Shown here: positions 1 through 8,000 of the stretch, piece by piece
How the letters are laid out: the number at the start of each line of letters is the position of its first letter
How positions within the stretch are numbered: position 1 is the stretch's first letter
Source: an uncultured Polaromonas sp.
Lineage (GTDB): Bacteria; Pseudomonadota; Gammaproteobacteria; Burkholderiales; Burkholderiaceae_C
Length of the DNA stretch: 33,226 nucleotides
NCBI GenBank assembly: GCA_964450095.1
Contig: CAYVGD010000001.1
Location: 1-33,226 of the forward strand
Reading direction: 5' to 3'
Notes under the pieces: generated by a model
Database searches by the model: none
Told to the model about the DNA's origin: nothing
What the model saw: the letters and a program-made list of their open reading frames with translations, nothing else
Position numbers and translations under genes: made by a program

Positions 1-936
1 CTGGAGTACCTGAAAAAGCTGCGCCCGCTCGGCCGGTCCTGCATCCACACCTACGAAACCGCAGCCTGCGAATTCAACAAGGTCAAGCTGTCGGAGTTCA
101 ACCGCAAGCACCTCATCGACTACGCGGTGCGGCGCAAGGCCCAAGGCCTGGCCGCCTCGACCATCAATGCTGACATCATGCCGGTGTCGGCCGCCATCCA
201 CGCAGCACCCTACGCGCATGGCATCCACGTCGATCCGACTGAGCTGGACATGGCGGTGCGCTGGCTGCACGAAAACAAGCTCATCGGCAAGAGCCGCCAG
301 GTCACGCGCCTGGTGGACGACGAGGAAGAGCTGGCGCTGCTGCAGGAATTTGCCAGGCGCAACATGCACCATCAGACAACCATCGACATGGTGACGGTCT
401 ACAAATTCGCCCTCGCCTTCCCCCGCCGAGCTGGAGAAATCACCCGCATTCTGTGGAAGGACGTGAACTGGAAGAAGCGCACGGTCATCATCCGCGACGT
501 GAAAGACCCCAAGGACAAGCTCGGCAACGACCAGGAAGTGCCGCTGCTGGGCGAGGCCTGGACCATCCTCGAGTCCATGCCCAAGGTCGATGCGCGCATC
601 TTCCCCTACAACACGGGCTCGATGGAAACGGCCTTTGAGCGCGCGCGTGACAGGATCGCTGCCACCGGCATGCCGGGCATCAAGGACTTGCGCTTTCACG
701 ACCTGCGCCACACCGGCATCACCCAGCTCTTTTGGGCGGGCCTGAAAATCGAGGAAGTCGCCGCCGTCAGTGGGCACAAGAACTGGCAGACGCTCAAGCG
801 CTACACGCACATCCGGCCCGAGGACGTGCATCGCCGGTTCGATGCGCTGCAGGCCCAGGCCAAGCTGGGCATCGACGCGCAGCTCAGGAAGCTGCTCGAG
901 CAGTTGATGGCCGAGCGCTCATTGGTGCCGGCTTGA
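1..936 (+). CDS. int: Tyrosine recombinase/phage integrase (5' end outside window)
   Basis: Frame is open from base 1. Catalytic motifs R (PRRAGEI), HxxR (FHDLRH), H (VSGHK) and Y (LKRYTH) are present. Confidence 0.93.
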   Translation: MEYLKKLRPLGRSCIHTYETAACEFNKVKLSEFNRKHLIDYAVRRKAQGLAASTINADIMPVSAAIHAAPYAHGIHVDPTELDMAVRWLHENKLIGKSRQVTRLVDDEEELALLQEFARRNMHHQTTIDMVTVYKFALAFPRRAGEITRILWKDVNWKKRTVIIRDVKDPKDKLGNDQEVPLLGEAWTILESMPKVDARIFPYNTGSMETAFERARDRIAATGMPGIKDLRFHDLRHTGITQLFWAGLKIEEVAAVSGHKNWQTLKRYTHIRPEDVHRRFDALQAQAKLGIDAQLRKLLEQLMAERSLVPA

Positions 937-957
937 GGTTGCCGCCATACGACTACC

Positions 958-1076
958 CTTGCGGGCTGGCGGCTGCGCTATCGGCACCAGCCATAACGGA
1001 GGCCGCCCCCGCAGGTTTCACGCGCCGGTATTGCCGCCCCAGCGCCCCTGGTGGCTTTCCAGGGCATGAACGGCGG
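958..1076. other. Two imperfect hairpins between convergent int and holin genes (terminator or retroregulator candidate)
   Basis: CTTGCGGG/CCCGCAGG and GGCGGCT/GGCCGCC stems (958-1015) are followed by TTT. CCGCC/GGCGG and CCCTGG/CCAGGG stems lie at 1034-1076. Confidence 0.45.
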
Positions 1077-1078
1077 GC

Positions 1079-1462
1079 TTACTTCTTGATGGCGTCGGCA
1101 ATGCTCGGCGCTATCTTCTCGACCGAGCGGCCGACCACATAGCCGCCCAGGCCAAACTCCACAATCGACCACAGCTTCAGGTACTCGGCCTCGCTCAGGT
1201 TGGGCGCGGCCAGGCCGAACCAGCGCGCCACGATGAGGCCGGCAAACACCAGCATCACCAGGGGCCGCCAGTTGGCCGCCAGCCAGTGGCCGCTGGCCGC
1301 CTCGGTCTTGACGATTTCCGCCTTCGCGGTGAACTCGGCCAGCTCGCCCTTCTGCGCCATCTCCATCAGCGCCAGCTTGGCCTGCTCGCGCTGGGCCGGG
1401 TCGGGCACCAGGCGCTCGATGAGCTTGCCGCCCAGGCTCAGGGTTGCGGTGATCGGGTCCAC
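1079..1462 (-). CDS. Holin, GTA-type 3TM holin family
   Basis: Contains 'GKLIERLVPDP', 'EAASGHWLAANWRP' and 'GLGGYVVGRSVEK' plus hydrophobic segments. GTG start is 7 nt after GGAGG; gene is adjacent to the endolysin. Confidence 0.85.
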   Translation of the reverse strand: MDPITATLSLGGKLIERLVPDPAQREQAKLALMEMAQKGELAEFTAKAEIVKTEAASGHWLAANWRPLVMLVFAGLIVARWFGLAAPNLSEAEYLKLWSIVEFGLGGYVVGRSVEKIAPSIADAIKK

Positions 1463-1464
1463 GC

Positions 1465-1941
1465 TCAAGCCTCCAGCAGGTCGGCAATGCGCCTGGACCA
1501 GCCGCGGGCAAAGCTGGGCCACACCTTCAGGTCGGTCATAAACCGCAGACGCAGCGCCAACATGCGGCGCAGGGCAAAGTCAGGCGCGGCAGCTCGAGCG
1601 GCCGTCAGGGTGGCCGGGCCGATGCGGCCGTCGTCCTCCACGCCCACGGCGCGCTGCAGCCACTTGATGGCCTGGCCGTTGCCGCTGTTGACGGCGGCAT
1701 CGAACACCGCGTAGCGCAGCGCAGGCGGCAGCTCGTCGGCGCGGATGGCGTCCCAATACTGCTTGCGGTAGACGGCCTTGGCCACGTCCACCGGCATGTC
1801 CTTCATGGGGCCGGTGTAGCCATTGGCGCGGGCCACGGCCACCGTCACGCCCCAGTTGGTTTCCCCGCCTGGGTCGTTGGGGTGGTTGACATAGCCGCCT
1901 TCGTGGCCCAGCAGCTTGTGGAATGCGTCGTCAAAATTCAT
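1465..1941 (-). CDS. Endolysin, glycoside hydrolase family 108 with C-terminal peptidoglycan-binding domain
   Basis: Contains HEGGYVNHPNDPGGETNWGVT, FDAAVNSG, DGRIGPAT and FARGWSRR. ATG at 1941 has a GAGGT SD. Confidence 0.93.
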   Translation of the reverse strand: MNFDDAFHKLLGHEGGYVNHPNDPGGETNWGVTVAVARANGYTGPMKDMPVDVAKAVYRKQYWDAIRADELPPALRYAVFDAAVNSGNGQAIKWLQRAVGVEDDGRIGPATLTAARAAAPDFALRRMLALRLRFMTDLKVWPSFARGWSRRIADLLEA

Positions 1942-1968
1942 GGGTCGCACCTCAGTTGTGGTGCGCCC

Positions 1969-2005
1969 ATTCTTCGGCCAGCTCGGCAGTGCGCCGGATT
2001 TTTGT
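1969..2005 (-). promoter_or_regulatory. Putative phage late promoter, copy upstream of lysis genes
   Basis: Minus strand reads ACAAAAATCCG-N16-GCCGAAGAAT, the same layout as 21867-21903 and 9452-9488. Confidence 0.65.
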
Positions 2006-5000
2006 CAGCGCGCCTCGCTCATCTTCTCGCGCAGCACCTCGAGCTTTTTCTCCTGGCGCTCGCGCTCGCGGTCGTGCTGCTCCTGGGTGATGGCGTTGTT
2101 GTTCAGCCGGCGCGAGAGCTGCATCATGTTGGTCTGCACCTCGCGCATTTCCTTGGTGATGTCCATGCGCTTGAACTGCATGTTGCGCTCGGTGTTGGAC
2201 TCGCGCACCTTGGCCACGCCTGCCACGTCCAGCGCCACCACGCCAGGCCGCACCGGGTCGCCCTGGTTGTTGAAGCCGGTGTAGCCCATGATTTCGCGGT
2301 CGAACCCTTGGGCCGTCGCCTCCATCATCTTGTTGAAGCTGTAGCTGCCAGGCACGATGGGCGCGTTGGGGGCCATCTGGCGGTACAGGTAGCCGCCCCA
2401 CTTGGTGGCTTTCTCCCACTCGTCATCCGACTCCTTGACCAGCTCGCGGCCGGTGAATGTGTCCTTGTTGGCGAACACCGCCACCGGGATGTTCCACAGG
2501 AACGGATGCGCCGGCATGAACGGCTGCAGCAGCGGAAAGCCCCCCATCTGATTGGTCACATCGAACACATCGCCCAGCGGGATGCGCCGGCTCATGTCGA
2601 GGAAGTACGGGTTGCCATCGGCGCTGTTGATCGGCAGGCGCACCACCTTCTGCGTGCCCAGCGCCGTGCGGCCTTCCATGTACTCGGGCAGGCCGCGGCG
2701 CTCTTCCTGCTCCATGCGGCGCGCGCGCTGCACCGTGGCCAGGAATGCGCCAGGCCCGGCCAGCGGCCCGCCCAGCATCGCGGCTGCGCCCGCGCCCACC
2801 GTGCCAGCCATGCCAGGCTCTTCCTCGTCGTCGCCGGCCAGGATCATGTAGGCCAGCCAGTTGCTGCCGCCCAGCAGAACCATCGGCAGCAGGATGCGGT
2901 CGGGTCTGGTGGCGGCCGTGTGCAGGATGCTGGGCAGCGCCTTGTAGGTGTAGCTGAAGAACGGGCTCCAGACACGCTGCACGGCGCGGATGCCCTCGGG
3001 CACGTCGGCGTAGTTGAAGAAGTAGCGCTCGGCGTCGTCAATGGCCTCGCCTGGCGTGGCACCGGCCTTGCGGCGGTCGATGTAGACCATGAGCTTGAAG
3101 ATTTGGTCCTCGAACTCGTAGGCCTTTTGCATGTTCTCCCGATACCAGGAGAACGGGCGGCCAGGGTACTTCTTCAGGAACTCCGTGACCTTGCTCACGC
3201 GCGAGGCCACCACGTCGGCCTCGGACATGAACTCGCGCAGCTCGGGCATCAGCGCGTTCTGGATTTCCGTGTTGGCGAACTCCGTGCCCAGCAGGCCGTT
3301 TTCCACCGCCTCCTGGTACAGCTCGCCCTTGTTGCGGTACTCGCGGATGGCGTTGCGCCACACCCGCGGGTCGGCCATATTCAGGCCGGCAAAGTGCCCC
3401 ATGAAAATGTTGGACACCACGTTGTTGCCGTGGGCCACCGGGTTCCAGACGGTCTTGCCTTCCTTCCACAGGCTCAGCGCCTTGTCGTAGGCCTGGACCA
3501 CAGCGCTGTTGTCCTGAATGGCGCGCTTGAGCTGGTCAGCCACCTGGCGCTCGACGTACATGCCGGCCAGTGCGCCATACATTTGCACGCCGCCGCTGCC
3601 GGCGATTTCCTTCTCGGGCACCTTGACCCAGCCGCCAGGGTTGAAGCGGCTGGCCATGCGCTCGTTTTCTGCGATGGACTTGAACAGCCGGCCCACGGCC
3701 AGGTCTTTCTGCATTTCGACGTAGCCCATCGCAAAGCGGATGAAGGCATCGCGCACCTCGCCCATCTGCTCGCGCTCGGTCTTGGTGAAGTCGCGCCACA
3801 CGACCACCTTCTGGTCCTCGGCAAATTCACGCGGCAGCGGCTCGCCCCGCTCAATGGCGCGGCGCAGTGCGGGCGGGATGTCGCTGCCATCGGGCATCGA
3901 GGACAGCTTCCAGCCCAGGCGCTCCATGTCCTTGACCCGGCCAGGCAGCACCTCATGCACCAGGCCGCGGCTCTTGAGGCGGTCGCCGCGGATACGCATG
4001 CGCGCCTTGGTGAGCATGGACAGCACCTGCTCGCGGCTTTGCAGCTTGCCGATGAGCGGGTTGCGGTACACGCGCGGCAGGTAGTTCTCGACCAGGCGCT
4101 TTTCCGACAGCATGCCCAGCTCGATGAGCTGCTGCGCCTGCTGCTCGAATGCGCCGGCAATGGTGGCGGCCAGCTCCTGCAGGCCTTCCGGGGTGTTGTC
4201 ACCCACGGCCACCTCTTTCTCGATAATGTCCGACAGCAGCGTGCGCAGCTCCTTGGGCAGGTCGCGGCCGGACTCAGCCACCTCGAGCGCGCGCTGCTGC
4301 GCGTTGAAGTTGTCGGCCTGGTAGCGGCGCATCATCTGGCGGAACTCGGCCGGCTTGGTGTCGGCCAGCTTGAGCGCGCCCAGGTACTTGCCGGCGAACT
4401 CCATGCCGCGCTCGTAGCCCTTGCGGCCGGCGCGCCAGATGCGGCGGTTGGCTGCATCGCGGTCGAAGGACAGCACGTCACGCGCGCGCATGGGCTCGCG
4501 GCCGGGGTCGTTCAGGCTCAGGTTGTCCTGGTCGTTGCGCGGGATGTCCTGCAGGCTTTTGTTGTCGCCTTCGGTGGCGTCTGCTATATTTCCTTGGCCG
4601 GGACTTGCCGGCAAAGCCTCTGTAAACGGCTGGAGCGAGCCAGGTTGATCCTGCTTTCCAGATTGCCCTGCAGGGGCTTTTTCTTTGACCTCAAAGTGGT
4701 CATAAAAGCGCGCCCCATCCGCGGCCACGCGCACCACCACCCTCACCCGGCCAGGCTTGCTGTTGAACAGGACGTCCTGCTCATAAAAGCGCACTTCCTT
4801 GATGGTGTTGCGCCCCTTCTTGTCAGGCTCGCTGCTAACGAAAGTGGACGATTCGATGATCTTGTCGAGCTGTCGCACCGCTGCCAGCGCCATCGGAGAC
4901 ACCTGGCCTGACAGGGTGTGCTTGATACCGGATGCCGGGATCAGGATCGCCTGACCGTCCGACCGGTTCTGCACTGTCTTGCCGGCCAGGTTCTGGCGGG

Positions 5001-8000
5001 AAAACTCTTTGGCCTGGGCAAGCTGCTCGTTCATGCTCCCCGGCCAGGAGGACAACGAAATTGGCGTCTTGGCAAGCTGCGCCCGCACGCCGCTCACATC
5101 CTGCAGCATGCGGCCGGACAGGCGCTGGCCATCGCCCTGCAGCACGGACTTCAGGCCGCGCAGCACCTCGGCGTTGGAGCGCATGCCCAGGATGCCCTTG
5201 ATGCGCTCGAGCATTTCGCGCAGCCACTGGCGGGCCTGGGCAATCCAAGAGCCGCGGGCGTCATACCGGCCAGCCAGGATGTCAGTGGCGTTGACGGCCC
5301 AAAACTCGCTGGCGTTGTAGAGCTGGTAGTGCTGGTCGTATTTCAGCTTGCCGCTGGCAAAGGCCTCCAGCACCTGCTTGTAGGCCAGCTTGTCGCCAGC
5401 GTTGGCCGCGAGCATGGCCTGCAGCAGGCTGCGCGTGCTGTCGTCGGCCTTCTCGTAGGCCTTGGCAAACGCACGCTGGTGCGCCTTGGCGATGGCGGCC
5501 TGGACCTCGGGCGGCATCATGCGCTCGGTGTGGTGCAGGATTTCATGCACTGCGGTCGTGGCGTTGGCCGTGGACTTGAACAGGCGCATCACGCGGCTGG
5601 CCGGGTTGTAGTCGCCGGACGTGCCCCCCTTGCCTTCAGCAGGCAGGCTGATGCCCAGGTCGTTGGCCAGGGCCGGGTTTTTCTCGAGCGCCCACAGTGC
5701 AAAGTCCACCGTGTCCTCGTCCAGCTCGCCCTTGCGCTTGGCGCGAATCAGCCGCTCCTTGATCCAGTCCGGCCCACGCTCGCGCCCTTTGGACATCGAG
5801 CGCGTGGCCTGCGCCTGGTTGCGGTCCTCGATCTGGCGCATGAGCGCCTGGACCTCTGCGATGTAGCCAGCCTGGTCCAGGCGGCCGTCATCGAGGCGGC
5901 GCTGCAGCGCCTTCAGGCGGGCCAGCACGTTGGCGCGCACCGGCTCGGGCAGGCGGCCCATCATGCCGCCGTCGCGCTGCAGGCCGCTCATGTCGGCCGC
6001 GGTGCCGTCGTCGGCTGCGGCCAGGTCGTCCATCAGATCGCCCTGCCCCTGCGCCGCGGCCACATCGGCCTGGCGGTCGCTGCCAGTCAGGGTGAAGTCA
6101 TCGCGCTGGGCGTCGGCCTGGGCGCGGCGGTCGGCTGCGCGCTGCTGGCGCTCTTCCTCCTGGCGCTGGCGCTCGGCTTCCTCGAGCCGGGCCAGGCGCT
6201 CTTCAACCTCGGCCGGGGTGTAGGACTGCAGCAGCGGCTGCTCTTGCGTCTGCGGCTGCAGCTCGAGCTGGCGCTCGATGATGCCCGCGTAGCGGCCCAC
6301 CATGTCAGGCGAGACACCTGCGACATCAGACATGCGCTGCGGGTTGGCGCGCATGGCCTGGGCAATGGCGCGGGCCTGGTCGGGCTGGCTGCGGGCCAGC
6401 TCCTGCAGGTAGTTTTCCTGGGCGTTGACAGAATCGACCCGCGGATCGACGCTGCGCGAATCCTCGCGGCGGCGGATGCGCGCCGCAGTCAGTGCTACTT
6501 GCTCGGCCTCTTGCTGGCCTGCTGCAGCTTGGGCGGATCGGCCTGCTTGAGCTGCTGCAGGGTCTGCTGCTGCTCGGGGCTCGGTGCCTGGCCGGCCAGC
6601 ATCGACTTGAGCAGGCTCGCGCCCTGCGGGGACTTCCAGATTTTCTTGGCTTGCTCGTTCATCCTGCGGCCTCAGTTGGTTGATGATGTCCTGCCGGCCG
6701 GCGCGCGGCACCTCGCCAAACATATCCTGGGCGGGCTTGGTCGCCTCAGTGTAGGCCAGGTCGGCGGCGTTACCCAGCGCCTCGACCACCGGGGCCACCG
6801 TGCGGGCGTTGTCTGCAAAGAGCTGCAGGATCACACCCACGTCCGGGTCGGCCGCCAGGTCCAGTTGCGCTGCGGCCTTGGCCAGGGTCTTGCCCTCGCG
6901 CCGGGCATTGACAGCAATTTCAGCAGCTTGCGACACAACCCCGCGGATGTCCAGCGCGCCAGCTCCAGCCAGGCGGGCCATCTTGGGGGCCACTTGCGCC
7001 AGGGCCGACAGCACGTTGCGCGCCTCGGGGTCTTGGGCCTGGGCAAACAGGCGCACCAGGTCGTCGTTGCCATAGGCGCGCGCGAACACCGCGGCGTTGA
7101 GGCGGTCCACGGCCTGCTTGGTCGGCTGGCCGTTGGTGTCGATGAGGTTGCCCTGCTCGGCCTGGGGCATGGCGCGCACGAACTGGCGCACGGCCTCCGC
7201 GGTCACGCCGCCATCGGCAGCAAACGACAGCGCATCGAGGTTGACGCGCTGGGCGTCGTTGTTGGCCTGCTCGACGGCCGACAGCTCGAGGTTGCCCACG
7301 GTGTTGGACACATCGCCAATGTCGCGGGTCACAGCCTCGCGCGGCATCACGCGCACCAGCACCGGGGCGCGCATGCGGGCAATGGCCTCGGGGCTCACGC
7401 CGTGCCGGCCGTCGTCGGCCAGCTCGGCCTTGTAGCCCTCAGCGTTGCCGGCCCGGTAGGCGGCCTGCAGGCCTGCGATGCGGCCGTTGCCGGCGATGGC
7501 GCGCAGCGCGTCCAGCTCCTGGCGGCCGTAGTCGGCATTGGGCGTGCCATCGGCGTTGTTGGAGGCCAGCACCTGGTCGGCCTCCACCACGGCGTACTGC
7601 ACCGGGATGCGGCGGCCGTCAGCGGCCACGGCCAGGTCGGTGCGGCCCAGCAGCTCAGGCTCGAGGTCCAGGCCGGCCACCACGGGCGCGCCGTTGGCAA
7701 AGTCGCGCGAGAAACCCAGGCGGCCGTAGTCGGGTGCCTGGCTGATGCTTTGCATCTGCGCGATGCTGGTGGGCGTCGAGCGGTTGCGGTTCTGCAGGAT
7801 GGGCGCATCGTCCTGGGCCGGCGCTGCAGCAGGCTCAGGCAGGGTCGCCTGGGCCGGCGCGGCAGGTGCCGGCGCAGGTGCCTCGAGCGGGGCCGGCGCG
7901 GCCGCGGGAGCTGCAGCCTGGAGCTGGCCAATCAGCTCGCCAATCGGATCGGCCGCGGCTGGCGCAGGCGCTGGAGCTGGCGTAGGCGCGGGAGCTGCAG

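Noticed and set aside
921-990. tRNA gene
   Set aside because: Only 11-16 nt resemble a tRNA 3' end; there is no TTCGA T-loop, anticodon arm or D arm.
6908-6940. Perfect TTGACA on the + strand in an AT-enriched patch of the giant gene
   Set aside because: No acceptable -10 at 16-18 bp spacing and no downstream hairpin or terminator seen.
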